Positions 30,166 through 39,965 of a stretch of DNA of 50,311 nt are shown here, piece by piece. The stretch is from Acidimicrobiia bacterium (GTDB taxonomy: Bacteria; Actinomycetota; Acidimicrobiia; Spongiisociales; UBA11373), in the NCBI GenBank assembly GCA_040878325.1, contig JBBDMM010000017.1, positions 1 through 50,311 of the forward strand, written 5' to 3'. Numbering within the stretch: the first letter of the stretch is position 1; the number at the start of each line of letters is the position of its first letter. The position numbers were made by a program, and so were the translations under genes. The notes under the pieces are model-generated. The model made no database searches, had not been told where the DNA came from, and worked only from the letters and a program-made list of their open reading frames with translations.

Positions 30166-30345
30166 TCACCCAGCGGGTTCGTCCGTGGGTACGGTGACGT
30201 TCACGTCGCCGCCGTTGGAGTCCTCGCGGATCACGGTGAAATACAGCACCGCGCTCAGGATGAGCACGACGATCACTGCGAGGACGACGACCACACCACT
30301 ACTGGACGATTCGACGACCACGGTGTCGTGATGACGATCTGACAT
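30166..30345 (-). CDS. 59-aa single-pass membrane protein
   Basis: AAGGA RBS, one long hydrophobic helix, own promoter-like motif and hairpin. Confidence 0.7.
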   Translation of the reverse strand: MSDRHHDTVVVESSSSGVVVVLAVIVVLILSAVLYFTVIREDSNGGDVNVTVPTDEPAG

Positions 30346-30378
30346 ATTGGGTTCCTTTCGCACTTGCGGTTCGTCGAG

Positions 30379-30405
30379 TTACCCCGGCGAAGGCGGTCCG
30401 AAACC
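30379..30405 (-). promoter_or_regulatory. putative SigF/SigB-type stress promoter
   Basis: GGTTT-N16-GGGTAA on minus strand. Confidence 0.5.
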
Positions 30406-30632
30406 CAGTCGAGGGCGACGCACTTCCGTTCCCCAATGGGCTATTTCGCCGCTCGAGATGCGTCACGCGCACCCGGTGAGGCGCAGAGCATGGCCGCGCC
30501 GCCAGTACTCCACGAGTCGCTGCCTGGGGTGGCCCGATGGTTGCAGCACGCCGAAGCGTCTGAGGTAAGCACGCCCGCCCGAAGGTTTGGCATGAGGCAC
30601 GCGCCGGATGAGGGCGCGTGAGCCGGTTTCGG

Positions 30633-30659
30633 GGAACCGTCGAGCGATTCGGTATCGTC
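30633..30659 (+). promoter_or_regulatory. putative ECF sigma promoter GGAACC-N17-CGTC
   Basis: 9 nt upstream of ATG 30669; matches 10523-10549. Confidence 0.55.
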
Positions 30660-30668
30660 TCAACGCAT

Positions 30669-32309
30669 ATGCGGTATCGCCGTGCTGCCCTCTCGGGCCT
30701 TGCCTCGTGGCTACTCGTGTTGGGAATGCTCGCCTTCGCCCCACCGGCCTGGGCGTGCTCGTGCCTTCGGATCGATCCGGTGCAGGGCCTTGCTGAGTTT
30801 CCGGCCGCGTTCGTCGGGACATTCATCACGAAGACAGACTCGGGCGGCTTCGAAGCGATGTACACCTTCCAGGTCGAGCAGTGGGTGAAGGGCGACCTGG
30901 GCCCCATTGTCGAGGTCCGGGCACATTCCCAGGGCTCTGCTTGTGGATATGAGTTTCTGCCCGGCCGTCGCATGGCGTCGTTCCTCAGAATCGAGGACGG
31001 CACTCCGACCGGCGGGCTCTGCCTGACGGTGGACCCTGATGTGTTAGTTCGGGCGACCGAGCCGATGACGTTCGACGGCGTGGGGCCGCCCCACCTTCTC
31101 GTCGCCGGCCCCTTTGCTACGAGCACTCATCTCGTGCTCGACGCCGACGGTGGACTTCTCGTCCCAATTGGCAAGACGCCCGACGGCAATGAGTATGGCT
31201 ACCTCGATCGCCCCCGGGCCTTCAGACCGTGTCCGGGGGGCCGCCTCATCGTGGAAGAGTGGTCCTGGCGTCTGGACGTGCGCGACCTCAAAACCCTCGA
31301 AGTGGTCTCCACGGTCGATTTGCACGGCTTCTCGGACGAGATCGGCCTCACCGATGTCGAGTGTCGGACTGAGGACGCCTCGAGCATTCTTCTACTTGGC
31401 GACGAATGGACGGGAAATCGCTCCCTGGCACGCGTGTATGAAGCGGTGCCCAACCCAATTCCCCTATTCGAGGTCCCGTACGCCAACGGCGACCTAGGCC
31501 CAACCGTCGTTGTCCTCCAGGACGAGGATGAACAAGGAGCCGATGTTTGGCTGGTCGCCGACGAGGCAGCGGGGCCGTTTCTGGTGCACCACATCGATCG
31601 CGGCGACTCCAATTACGCAGGCATCATCGCCGCCTCTGAGAGTCCCACCGGCGGGACTGTCGCCGTCCTGGATATCAGGTACCCCGAGGGCGGTGGGACC
31701 TCAACGTCGAACCTCGTCCTCTACAACACCGAGGGCACCGAGTTGCGTCGGCGCACCTTCGAGGAGACGGAGATCAGTGCCCTCCAATGGCTCGACGGAG
31801 GCCGGCTTCTGCTCCACCACTACAGCGATGAGACGGACGGGGCGCGGGTCACCGTTCTCGATGCCACAACACTCGAATCGATCGCCGAGATCGACGATTG
31901 GCCGGCTTTCCGGACGGTTGCCGACGGCGACGTTCTCTACGGAGTCTGGGAAGGGCACCTGGATCGCGTCGATCTCAACACCGGAGTGATCGAGCACCTG
32001 ACCGTGTTCAGCAGTCCGGTACACGGACCCGTCGCGATCCTGCCGGTCGGCTCGACGCCGCCAATACAAGAAATCGGGCCGGCGCCCGCGACAGCGTCGA
32101 CGGTCCCACCCGCAACGACGACCCCCCTCAGTGCCACCCCGGTAGCCGCGGGGGAAGGCAGCGACGACTCCTCGCCGCGGCCCTGGATCTTCTTCGGCCT
32201 GGTTCTGGTTCTCGCCGCCGGCATCACGGGCACACTCATTGCCCGTCGCACGTCGTCGGCATTCCCACAGGACAACGACGATGATCCCCCAGGGGGCGCT
32301 CGCCTCTAG
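30669..32309 (+). CDS. secreted, C-terminally anchored protein with TIMP-like N-terminal domain and probable beta-propeller
   Basis: signal peptide AWA|CSC; AFVG, FQVEQWVKG, SACG, GLC pattern; Pro/Thr linker; C-terminal TM followed by RR. Confidence 0.7.
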   Translation: MRYRRAALSGLASWLLVLGMLAFAPPAWACSCLRIDPVQGLAEFPAAFVGTFITKTDSGGFEAMYTFQVEQWVKGDLGPIVEVRAHSQGSACGYEFLPGRRMASFLRIEDGTPTGGLCLTVDPDVLVRATEPMTFDGVGPPHLLVAGPFATSTHLVLDADGGLLVPIGKTPDGNEYGYLDRPRAFRPCPGGRLIVEEWSWRLDVRDLKTLEVVSTVDLHGFSDEIGLTDVECRTEDASSILLLGDEWTGNRSLARVYEAVPNPIPLFEVPYANGDLGPTVVVLQDEDEQGADVWLVADEAAGPFLVHHIDRGDSNYAGIIAASESPTGGTVAVLDIRYPEGGGTSTSNLVLYNTEGTELRRRTFEETEISALQWLDGGRLLLHHYSDETDGARVTVLDATTLESIAEIDDWPAFRTVADGDVLYGVWEGHLDRVDLNTGVIEHLTVFSSPVHGPVAILPVGSTPPIQEIGPAPATASTVPPATTTPLSATPVAAGEGSDDSSPRPWIFFGLVLVLAAGITGTLIARRTSSAFPQDNDDDPPGGARL

Positions 32310-33052
32310 AGGAGGGTCAGCACCTCGGGGCCTTCGGCGGTGATCGCCACCGTGTGTTCCCAATGGGCCGACAGGGCTCCGTCGGCGGTGACCACCGTCC
32401 ACCCGTCATCCAGTGTCCTGGTTTCGCCCGTCCCGAGATTGAACATCGGCTCGATGCAGATCCCCATGCCTTCACGCAGCCGCAATCCCTTGCCCGGATG
32501 GCCGTAGTTGAGAACCTGGGGATCCTCATGCATCTGCAGGCCGATCCCGTGCCCGGTGTGGCTGCGAACCACCCCGTAGCCGTGCTTCTCAGCGACTTCG
32601 GAGATCGCAACGCCGATGTCCCCCAGCCGGGTGCCGGCGGTCGACATCTCGATGGCCACCCACATCGCCCTCTCGGTGACTTCGATCAGTTGGGCAGCCT
32701 CGTCGGCGATCTCACCGATCGGGAAGGTGATGGCGGCATCGGCATGCCAGCCCTCGAAGATGGCCCCGGCGTCCACCGACAGGATGTCGCCGTCCTTGAG
32801 CGTGCGCTCCGAGGGGATGCCGTGGACGATCTCCTCGTTCACCGACAAGCAGGTGTTCGCCGGGAACCCGTGATAGTTGAGAAAGTTCGGGGTGCACCCA
32901 CCGTCGGCGATGATCGTGGCGGCGATCCGGTCGAGTTCGATCAGGGACACCCCGGGCGCCGCCGCCTCGCGCAACGCCTCGTGGATCCGGGCGACCACTC
33001 TGCCGGCTCGCCGCATGCGGGCGAAGTCCTCCGGCTTCTTGATCGTGATCAT
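32306..33052 (-). CDS. map: methionine aminopeptidase type I
   Basis: SVNEEIVHGIP, GHGIG..MHEDP, IEPM, SAHWEHT. Confidence 0.98.
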   Translation of the reverse strand: MITIKKPEDFARMRRAGRVVARIHEALREAAAPGVSLIELDRIAATIIADGGCTPNFLNYHGFPANTCLSVNEEIVHGIPSERTLKDGDILSVDAGAIFEGWHADAAITFPIGEIADEAAQLIEVTERAMWVAIEMSTAGTRLGDIGVAISEVAEKHGYGVVRSHTGHGIGLQMHEDPQVLNYGHPGKGLRLREGMGICIEPMFNLGTGETRTLDDGWTVVTADGALSAHWEHTVAITAEGPEVLTLL

Positions 33053-33600
33053 TCGGCGAGAACCTCGACGATGCGGCAGAGCACCTCAGCGATCTCACCG
33101 ACCCCGTCGACATACCGCACCACTCCGCGACGCTCGTAGAGGTCGAGCAGCGGCGCAGTCTGCTCGCGGTAGACCGCCAGCCGGGTTCGGGTCACCTTCG
33201 CCGTATCGTCGCTTCTGCCCCGCGCCAGCATTCGCGCCACGATCTCGTCTTCCGGGGCGTCGATCACCAACACGGTGTCGACCGTCCGGTCGCCGAGGAT
33301 GCTGTCGAGGGCGGCCGCCTGAGCGGGGTTGCGGGGGAAGCCATCGAGCAGCCAGCCACAGGCCGCATCGTCACGGGAGAGCCGGTCGGCGACCATCGCC
33401 ACCACGATCTCGTCCGACACCAACTCACCGGAGTCCATGATCTCTTTGGCGAGCACCCCGAGCTCGGTTCCCCCGTCGACGTGCTCGCGCAACATGGCGC
33501 CGGTCGACACATGAGGGATCCCCAGAGCCCGACACAGCACCTCGGCCTGGGTGCCCTTGCCGGCCCCGGGGGGGCCAAGGATGAGGAGGTTCCGGCCCAT
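33049..33600 (-). CDS. adk: adenylate kinase (short LID)
   Basis: GPPGAGKGTQ, LDGFPR, RGRSDD. Confidence 0.97.
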   Translation of the reverse strand: MGRNLLILGPPGAGKGTQAEVLCRALGIPHVSTGAMLREHVDGGTELGVLAKEIMDSGELVSDEIVVAMVADRLSRDDAACGWLLDGFPRNPAQAAALDSILGDRTVDTVLVIDAPEDEIVARMLARGRSDDTAKVTRTRLAVYREQTAPLLDLYERRGVVRYVDGVGEIAEVLCRIVEVLAE

Positions 33601-33638
33601 CTATCCGACCTTCTGCGAGTACTCGCACCCGCTTGCCC

Positions 33639-33713
33639 GCAATGCGCAATGCGCAATGCGCAAACCGGCACGGCCACCCTCTTGCTGGAGGCTGGAGGCT
33701 GGAGGCTGGAGGC
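33639..33713. repeat. paired heptamer arrays (GCAATGC)3-GCAAACC and minus-strand (GCCTCCA)4-GCAAGAG
   Basis: 33639-33666 and 33679-33713, between secY and adk. Confidence 0.9.
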
Positions 33714-33731
33714 TGCGTGAGGCCGAAGGCC

Positions 33732-35030
33732 TCACGTCAGGAACCCCTCGTAATTCCTCATCATCAGCTGGCTTTCGATCTGTTTCATCGTCTCGAGGGC
33801 GACGCCGACGACGATCAGGATCGAGATGCCTGAGAACCCCAGGTTGAGGCCGAAGAGGATCGCCACGATCGAGGGCAGCACCGCCACGCTGGCCAGGAAC
33901 AACGAACCCGGCAGGGTGATCCGGCTGAGGATGTGCTCGAGGTACCTGGTCGTCTGTGAGCCAGGGCGGATGCCGGGGATGAACCCGCCCTGACGCTGGA
34001 TCATGTCGGACTGGCGCGCCGGGTCGAACTGAATGGCCGTGTAGAAGTAGGTGAAGAACACGATCAGCAGCCCGAAAAGGACCACGTACCACCACGACTG
34101 GCCGCTCACCAGGTTGTTGTCGATGAACCTGCGGACCGGCCCGAAGAAGCCGGAGGCGGGGATCGACGATGCGACCAGGGCGGGAAAGTAGAGCACGCTC
34201 GAGGCGAAGATCACCGGGATCACCCCGGCGGTGTTGACTTTCAGGGGGATGTAGGTGCTCTGGCCACCCAGCATCCGCCGCCCCCTGACCCGCTTGGAGA
34301 ACTGGATCGGGATCCGCCGCTGGCCCTGGTCGACGAAGATGATGCCCGCCGTCATCAGCAGGAACATCGCTACGACGGCCCAGTACTTGATGTTGGCGTA
34401 ACCCCCGGTCGACGTGGCCAACACCGCGAACTGCGCCGGGATCTGGCTAACGATGCTCACGAAGATGATCAGCGACATGCCGTTGCCGACGCCGCGCTGG
34501 CTGATCTGCTCCCCCAGCCACATGATGAACGCCGTCCCGGCAGTCAGGGTGATCACGATGATGAGCACCCGTCCCGGGGTGTAGTTGGGCACCAGGTCGA
34601 TGCCCCCGGTCAGCACACCGTTGTGGAACAGGAAGGTGAGGCCGGTCGACTGGAGAAGCGCCAGCACGATCGTCACGTACCGAGTCCACTGGGTGATGAC
34701 CTTGCGTCCGGTCTCACCCTCTTCCTGCAGCGTTTGCAGGCGAGGGATGACGACCGCGAGGAGCTGCATGATGATCGACGCGGTGATGTAGGGCATGATC
34801 CCCAGCGAGAACACCGAGAAGACCTCGAGGGCGCCACCGGAGAAGAGGTTGAGCAGACCGACGATGCCGCCAGCCTCGGCCTGGTCGGCGAACTCCTGGA
34901 CCCGGTCCAGATCGACCCCGGGTACCGGGATGGCGGCCCCCAGGCGATAGACCGCAAAGATCCCCAGCGTGAAGAAGATCTTCTTCCGGAGGTCCCGAAT
35001 CCGGAACATGTTTCTGAAAACGGAGAGCAT
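33732..35030 (-). CDS. secY: preprotein translocase SecY
   Basis: LGIMPYITASIIMQLL, GVGNGMSLII, GGFIPGIRPG. Confidence 0.99.
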   Translation of the reverse strand: MLSVFRNMFRIRDLRKKIFFTLGIFAVYRLGAAIPVPGVDLDRVQEFADQAEAGGIVGLLNLFSGGALEVFSVFSLGIMPYITASIIMQLLAVVIPRLQTLQEEGETGRKVITQWTRYVTIVLALLQSTGLTFLFHNGVLTGGIDLVPNYTPGRVLIIVITLTAGTAFIMWLGEQISQRGVGNGMSLIIFVSIVSQIPAQFAVLATSTGGYANIKYWAVVAMFLLMTAGIIFVDQGQRRIPIQFSKRVRGRRMLGGQSTYIPLKVNTAGVIPVIFASSVLYFPALVASSIPASGFFGPVRRFIDNNLVSGQSWWYVVLFGLLIVFFTYFYTAIQFDPARQSDMIQRQGGFIPGIRPGSQTTRYLEHILSRITLPGSLFLASVAVLPSIVAILFGLNLGFSGISILIVVGVALETMKQIESQLMMRNYEGFLT

Positions 35031-35104
35031 GGGCTTGATGGGTCCTTGTGGTTCTGAACGACTCTATCCGGGACAGGTCTCCCCGTCCCCCAGTCTCCAG
35101 TTCG

Positions 35105-35139
35105 CTCTTGCTGGTGACTGGCGACTGGTGACTGGCGAC
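35105..35139 (-). repeat. heptamer array (GTCRCCA)4 capped by GCAAGAG
   Basis: starts on the G of the rplO TAG; degenerate opposite arm at 35077-35099. Confidence 0.9.
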
Positions 35140-35576
35140 TACTCGATAACTTCCACCGTGCCGCCGGCGGTTTCGATCCGTTCTACTGCACCGACGCTGA
35201 AAGCGTGCGCCCGCACCGTCAGATTGCGGTCGAGGGCGCCCTGGCCGAGCACCTTGACCATGCCGCGCTTCTTGACGAGCCCCGCCCCACGCATCTCGTC
35301 GGGGCCGACGGTGGAACCCTTGGCGAAGCCATTGAGGCGCTCCACGTTGACGACGGCGTAGTCGACCTTGTTGCGGTTCTTGAAGCCCTTGAGCTTGGGA
35401 AGGCGCCGATAGATCGGCATCTGCCCACCCTCGAACCAGGCGGGCACCTTGTTGCGAGCCTTGGTGCCCTTGGTGCCGCGGCCGGCGGTCTTGCCACCGT
35501 GGCCGCCTTCGCCGCGGCCCACCCGGGTGCGCGCCGTCTTCGAGCCGGGGGACGGCTTCAGGTGATGGAGCTTCAT
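35139..35576 (-). CDS. rplO: 50S ribosomal protein L15
   Basis: [19 protein letters not shown]. Confidence 0.98.
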   Translation of the reverse strand: MKLHHLKPSPGSKTARTRVGRGEGGHGGKTAGRGTKGTKARNKVPAWFEGGQMPIYRRLPKLKGFKNRNKVDYAVVNVERLNGFAKGSTVGPDEMRGAGLVKKRGMVKVLGQGALDRNLTVRAHAFSVGAVERIETAGGTVEVIE

Positions 35577-35761
35577 GCCTCTTCGACCTCCACGAGATGG
35601 GCGACCTGGGCGATCAGGCCCCGGACGCTGGCGCTGTCGGGGCGCTCGGTGACCTGGTTGATCTTGCGCAGGCCAAGGGTGCGCACCGCGGCACGGGTCT
35701 TCGGCTTCTCGCCGATGGTGCTGCGGGTCAGGGTGATCTTCAGACTTGCGTTCTTGGCCAT
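35573..35761 (-). CDS. rpmD: 50S ribosomal protein L30
   Basis: [21 protein letters not shown]. Confidence 0.97.
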   Translation of the reverse strand: MAKNASLKITLTRSTIGEKPKTRAAVRTLGLRKINQVTERPDSASVRGLIAQVAHLVEVEEA

Positions 35762-35772
35762 GATGTCTCCGA

Positions 35773-36366
35773 TCAGGAACCGGGCTTCGCAGCCCGGCCG
35801 AGCTCGGTGGACCGATACGCGGCGAGCAGGGCCGGAGGCGTGATCTCTTCGGGGGTCTTCCCGCGACGCTTGGCGACGCGGTCGGGACGATGCTGCGACA
35901 TGAGGGCGTCCATCGTCGCCTTGGCCACGTTCACGTGGGTGGGCGAACCGAGGCTCTTGGCAAGGACGTCGCGGATGCCCGCAGCCTCGAGGATCTGACG
36001 CACCGCCCCACCGGCGATGACCCCGGTTCCTGGAGCGGCCGGCTTGATGAGAACCCGGGAGGCGCCCTGGGTGCCGATCACGGTGTGGATGATCGTCGTC
36101 CCTGCCATGGGCACGGGCTTCATCGCCTTGCGAGCCACCTGGATGCCCTTTTCGATCGCGGTCGGGACTTCCTTGGCCTTGCCGTAACCGATGCCCACTT
36201 TGCCGTTGCCGTCGCCGACGGTGACGAGCGCGGTGAATGAGAACCGACGGCCACCGCCGACGACCTTGGCCACGCGGTTGATGTGGATGACCCGCTCGTC
36301 GAACTGCGACGCCTCGGAACCGCGGGAATCCCGGCCTCCGCCTCTGTTGTCTCTACGCGTGGTCAA
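35773..36366 (-). CDS. rpsE: 30S ribosomal protein S5
   Basis: [28 protein letters not shown]. Confidence 0.98.
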   Translation of the reverse strand: MTTRRDNRGGGRDSRGSEASQFDERVIHINRVAKVVGGGRRFSFTALVTVGDGNGKVGIGYGKAKEVPTAIEKGIQVARKAMKPVPMAGTTIIHTVIGTQGASRVLIKPAAPGTGVIAGGAVRQILEAAGIRDVLAKSLGSPTHVNVAKATMDALMSQHRPDRVAKRRGKTPEEITPPALLAAYRSTELGRAAKPGS

Positions 36367-36716
36367 AACTCCAAACCCTCCTCGCGCGCCGCGTCGGCCA
36401 GCGCCTTGATGCGGCCGTGGTAGAGGAACCCGCCCCGGTCGAACAGCACCGACTTGATGCCGGCGTCTTTCGCCCGTGAACCGATGAGCTTGCCGACCTC
36501 AGCCGCCGTCTCAACAGTCAGCTTGCGGTCGCGCAGGCCCGGCTCCTGCGACGAGGCGCTGGCCAGCGTGCGGCCCACCTCGTCATCGATGATCTGCACA
36601 TAGACGTACCGGTTGCTCCGGTACACCGCGAGGCGCGGCCGGTTGGCCGTGCCATGGATACGACGCCGGACACGATAGTGGCGGCGGCGGCGGGCGTCGG
36701 CACGTGAACCTCTCAT
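36363..36716 (-). CDS. rplR: 50S ribosomal protein L18
   Basis: [21 protein letters not shown]. Confidence 0.98.
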   Translation of the reverse strand: MRGSRADARRRRHYRVRRRIHGTANRPRLAVYRSNRYVYVQIIDDEVGRTLASASSQEPGLRDRKLTVETAAEVGKLIGSRAKDAGIKSVLFDRGGFLYHGRIKALADAAREEGLEF

Positions 36717-37258
36717 CGCGCCGTCGCCCCGGACTTGCCGGCCTTGCGCCGCACGACCTCGTCGGAGTACCGGATTCCCTTGCCCTTATAGGGCTCGGGC
36801 GGACGGACCCCACGGATGTCGGCGGCCACCTGGCCCACCAATTCCTTGTCGATACCCCGCACGATGACGCGAGTCGGCTCGGGCACCTCGAACTCGATGC
36901 CGTCGGGGGCGGTGATCTTCACCGGATGCGAGAAGCCGACCAGGAGTTCGAGGGTGTTCCCCTGGAGACTCGCCCGGTAGCCGACGCCCACCGTGAGCAA
37001 ATCCTTCTGGAAACCGGTCGACACCCCGACCACCATGTTGTTGAGGAGAGCCCGGCTCAGGCCGTGGAGGGCCTTGGACTCACGCTCATCGTCCTTGCGG
37101 GCCACGGTGACCACGCCCTCGGCGACCTCGAAAGCGACCCGGTCGCTGAAGATGCGACGCAAGGTGCCCTTCGACCCCTTCACCGTGATCTCGGATCCGG
37201 CGACGGACACATCCACTCCGGATGGCACGGTCACCGGGGACAGACCGATGCGACTCAT
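36713..37258 (-). CDS. rplF: 50S ribosomal protein L6
   Basis: [22 protein letters not shown]. Confidence 0.98.
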   Translation of the reverse strand: MSRIGLSPVTVPSGVDVSVAGSEITVKGSKGTLRRIFSDRVAFEVAEGVVTVARKDDERESKALHGLSRALLNNMVVGVSTGFQKDLLTVGVGYRASLQGNTLELLVGFSHPVKITAPDGIEFEVPEPTRVIVRGIDKELVGQVAADIRGVRPPEPYKGKGIRYSDEVVRRKAGKSGATAR

Positions 37259-37653
37259 CACCACACCTCGCAGACGATCTCGCCGCCGAGGCGACGGCGG
37301 CGCGCTTCACGGTCGGGAAGCAGCCCCTGGGAGGTGGAGACGACGGCGACCCCGAGGCCCCCGTTGACGCGGGGCAGGGTGTCGGCACCCGAATAGATCC
37401 GGCGGCCCGGCTTGGAGATGCGGCGCACGCCCTCGAGCACCCGGGCCCGATCCGATGTGTAGCGGAGCTTGATGTCGAGCGTCTTGTGAACGCCGGCGGC
37501 CCGCACCTCGTAACCATCGATGTAGCCCTCGGCCACGAGGATCTTGGCAATCTCCTCTTTGAGCTGCGACGAGGGCATGGTGACGCGTTCGTGAAGCGCC
37601 ATGTTGGCGTTACGAATGCGGGTCAGCATGTCGGCGACGGGGTCGGTCATCAT
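37258..37653 (-). CDS. rpsH: 30S ribosomal protein S8
   Basis: [21 protein letters not shown]. Confidence 0.98.
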   Translation of the reverse strand: MMTDPVADMLTRIRNANMALHERVTMPSSQLKEEIAKILVAEGYIDGYEVRAAGVHKTLDIKLRYTSDRARVLEGVRRISKPGRRIYSGADTLPRVNGGLGVAVVSTSQGLLPDREARRRRLGGEIVCEVW

Positions 37654-37656
37654 GGG

Positions 37657-37842
37657 TTACCACGAAGCCTTTCTCACGCCGGGGAGCTCGCCACGGTGCG
37701 CCAACTGGCGGACGCATAGGCGGCACATTCCGAACTTGCGGAGGAACGCCCGGGGCCGGCCGCAACGCCCGCACCGGTTGTAGGCGCGGGACTTGAACTT
37801 CGGCTTCCGGTTCGCCCTGACGACTTGTGACTTCTTGGCCAT
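37657..37842 (-). CDS. rpsN: 30S ribosomal protein S14, Zn-binding type Z
   Basis: 61 aa with CGRC...[14 protein letters not shown]. Confidence 0.98.
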   Translation of the reverse strand: MAKKSQVVRANRKPKFKSRAYNRCGRCGRPRAFLRKFGMCRLCVRQLAHRGELPGVRKASW

Positions 37843-37844
37843 TC

Positions 37845-38411
37845 TTATGCACCTGCCTGCTGGGTCTGGGGGCGCCGGAACGGGAATCCAAAGGCCTCGA
37901 GCAGCGCCTGGGCGCCCTCGTCGTCCCTTGCCGTCGTGCAGATGGTGATGTCCATGCCGCGCACCTTGTTCACTTTGTCGAAATCGATCTCAGGAAAGAT
38001 CAGCTGCTCGGTGACCCCGAACGTGTAGTTGCCCCGACCGTCGAACGATCGGGGATTGAGGCCCCGGAAGTCACGGATGCGGGGGATGGCCACCGCGATC
38101 AGCCGATCGAAGAACTCCCACATCCGATCGCCCCGCATGGTCACCGAGGCACCAATGGGCATGCCCTCGCGAAGCTTGAAGTTGGCCACCGACTTGCGGG
38201 CCTTATTGACCTTCGGCTTCTGCCCGGTGATGGCGGCAAGGTCCTCGACTGCGGCGTCGATGATCCCCTTGTCGTTGATGGCCTCACCCAGGCCCATGTT
38301 CACCACGATCTTGGTCAGGCGGGGAATTTCCATCGGGTTGGCGATGCCGAGCTCTTCCTTCACCTGGGCGGCGAGGGTGTCGGCGTAGATCTGCTTGAGA
38401 CGGGGGGTCAC
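37845..38411 (-). CDS. rplE: 50S ribosomal protein L5
   Basis: KIVVNMG, ITGQKP, FDGRGNY. Confidence 0.98.
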   Translation of the reverse strand: MTPRLKQIYADTLAAQVKEELGIANPMEIPRLTKIVVNMGLGEAINDKGIIDAAVEDLAAITGQKPKVNKARKSVANFKLREGMPIGASVTMRGDRMWEFFDRLIAVAIPRIRDFRGLNPRSFDGRGNYTFGVTEQLIFPEIDFDKVNKVRGMDITICTTARDDEGAQALLEAFGFPFRRPQTQQAGA

Positions 38412-38713
38412 AGGTCACCCCCGCACTTGGCGCAGACGCGCCGCTTGTGACCATCGGCGTCGAGGCGATGGGCGATCCGGGTAGGCCCATCGGTCGGGCA
38501 AAGGATCATCACGTTGGACGCATCGATCGGCATGTCCTTGTCGACGATGCCGCCCTGCATGGTCTGGCCTTTGGGCTTGCTGTGGCGCTTTGCGGTGGCC
38601 ACGCCCTCGACGATGATCTTGCCCGTAGACGGGAACACTTGGGAGACACGCGACTCCTTGCCCTTGTCCTTGCCGGACACGACGACGACGCGGTCGTCCT
38701 TGCGGATCTCCAT
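38408..38713 (-). CDS. rplX: 50S ribosomal protein L24
   Basis: KOW motif SGKDKGK, IDASNV. Confidence 0.97.
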   Translation of the reverse strand: MEIRKDDRVVVVSGKDKGKESRVSQVFPSTGKIIVEGVATAKRHSKPKGQTMQGGIVDKDMPIDASNVMILCPTDGPTRIAHRLDADGHKRRVCAKCGGDL

Positions 38714-39081
38714 CAGATCACCTCCGGGGCGAGAGAGACGATCCGCATGAACTTCTTGTCGCGCAACTCACGGCCAACCGGCCCAAAGATGCGGGTACCG
38801 CGGGGCTGCTGCTGCTCGTTGAGGATCACACATGCGTTGTCGTCGAAGCGGATGTAGGTGCCATCGGCGCGGCGTCGCTCCTTGTGGGTGCGGACCACTA
38901 CGGCCTGGACCACTTCACCGCGCTTGACCGTGCCGCCGGGGATGGCGTCTTTGACGGTGGCAACGATGACGTCGCCGATTCCTGCGTAGCGACGGCCGGA
39001 GCCGCCCAGCACGCGAATGCAGAGGACTTCACGGGCACCCGTGTTGTCGGCCACCTTGAGGCGCGATTCCTGGCCGATCAT
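38713..39081 (-). CDS. rplN: 50S ribosomal protein L14
   Basis: [26 protein letters not shown]. Confidence 0.98.
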   Translation of the reverse strand: MIGQESRLKVADNTGAREVLCIRVLGGSGRRYAGIGDVIVATVKDAIPGGTVKRGEVVQAVVVRTHKERRRADGTYIRFDDNACVILNEQQQPRGTRIFGPVGRELRDKKFMRIVSLAPEVI

Positions 39082-39335
39082 CTCGCCCTCTCCACGATCT
39101 CGATGACACGCCACCGCTTCGTCTTCGACAGCGGACGCGTCTCCATCACCTTCACCGTGTCGCCGACCCGAGCCTCATTCGCCTCGTCATGGGCATGGAG
39201 GCGCTTCGAGGAGCGAACGGTCTTCTGATACATCACGTGACGGGTCGAATCGGCGATCTCCACGGTCACGGTCTTGTCCCGGCCGTCGGAGATGACGATC
39301 CCCGTCCGAATCTTGCGGGTGGCGCGATCAGTCAT
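39078..39335 (-). CDS. rpsQ: 30S ribosomal protein S17
   Basis: [21 protein letters not shown]. Confidence 0.98.
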   Translation of the reverse strand: MTDRATRKIRTGIVISDGRDKTVTVEIADSTRHVMYQKTVRSSKRLHAHDEANEARVGDTVKVMETRPLSKTKRWRVIEIVERAR

Positions 39336-39552
39336 CGCCCTGCTCCTTGATCTCGTAGTAGGCCTCGATCTCCTGCTCGCGCATGATCGTGGCGATGCGG
39401 GCGGCCTCGCGACGAATCGTCCGCAGTCGGGCGGTGTTGTCCAGCTGGTTGGTGGCCACCTGGAAACGGAGGTTGAAGAGCTCTTCCTTGGCTGCGTCGA
39501 GCTTTCCCTTGAGCTCGTCGTAGGGGAGGTCGCGCAGGTCGGCGGGCTTCAC
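39328..39552 (-). CDS. rpmC: 50S ribosomal protein L29
   Basis: [21 protein letters not shown] start overlaps the rplP stop. Confidence 0.96.
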   Translation of the reverse strand: MKPADLRDLPYDELKGKLDAAKEELFNLRFQVATNQLDNTARLRTIRREAARIATIMREQEIEAYYEIKEQGDD

Positions 39553-39962
39553 TGCTCCTCCCTCTTCACGAACTTGGTGCGGATCGGCAGCTTGTGACCG
39601 GCGAGACGCATGGCCTCGCGCGCCAGGTCCTCCGGCACGCCGGCCAGTTCGAACATCACCCGGCCGGGGCGCACCACGGCCACCCAGAACTCGGGGTTGC
39701 CCTTGCCGGATCCCATGCGGGTCTCGGCCGGCTTCTGGGTCACCGGCTTGTGCGGGAAGATGTTGATCCAGACCTTGCCGCCACGCTTGATGTAGCGAGT
39801 CATGGCGACTCGGGCGGACTCGATCTGGCGCGAGGTGATCCACCCCGGCTCGAGCGCCTGGAGGCCGTAGTCGCCAAAGTAGACCTGGGTACCACCCTTG
39901 GCGGCACCACGCATGTGGCCCCGCTGTTCCTTGCGCCACTTGGAGCGCTTGGGCATCAACAT
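39549..39962 (-). CDS. rplP: 50S ribosomal protein L16
   Basis: [22 protein letters not shown]. Confidence 0.98.
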   Translation of the reverse strand: MLMPKRSKWRKEQRGHMRGAAKGGTQVYFGDYGLQALEPGWITSRQIESARVAMTRYIKRGGKVWINIFPHKPVTQKPAETRMGSGKGNPEFWVAVVRPGRVMFELAGVPEDLAREAMRLAGHKLPIRTKFVKREEQ

Positions 39963-39965
39963 GGG

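Noticed and set aside
30420..30630. Possible sRNA or tRNA between divergent accessory genes
   Set aside because: No cloverleaf or recognisable motif by eye; cannot be supported without a covariance search.
33049..33600. Short adenylate kinase as a truncation
   Set aside because: Short-LID Adk is a known intact type; all core motifs are present.
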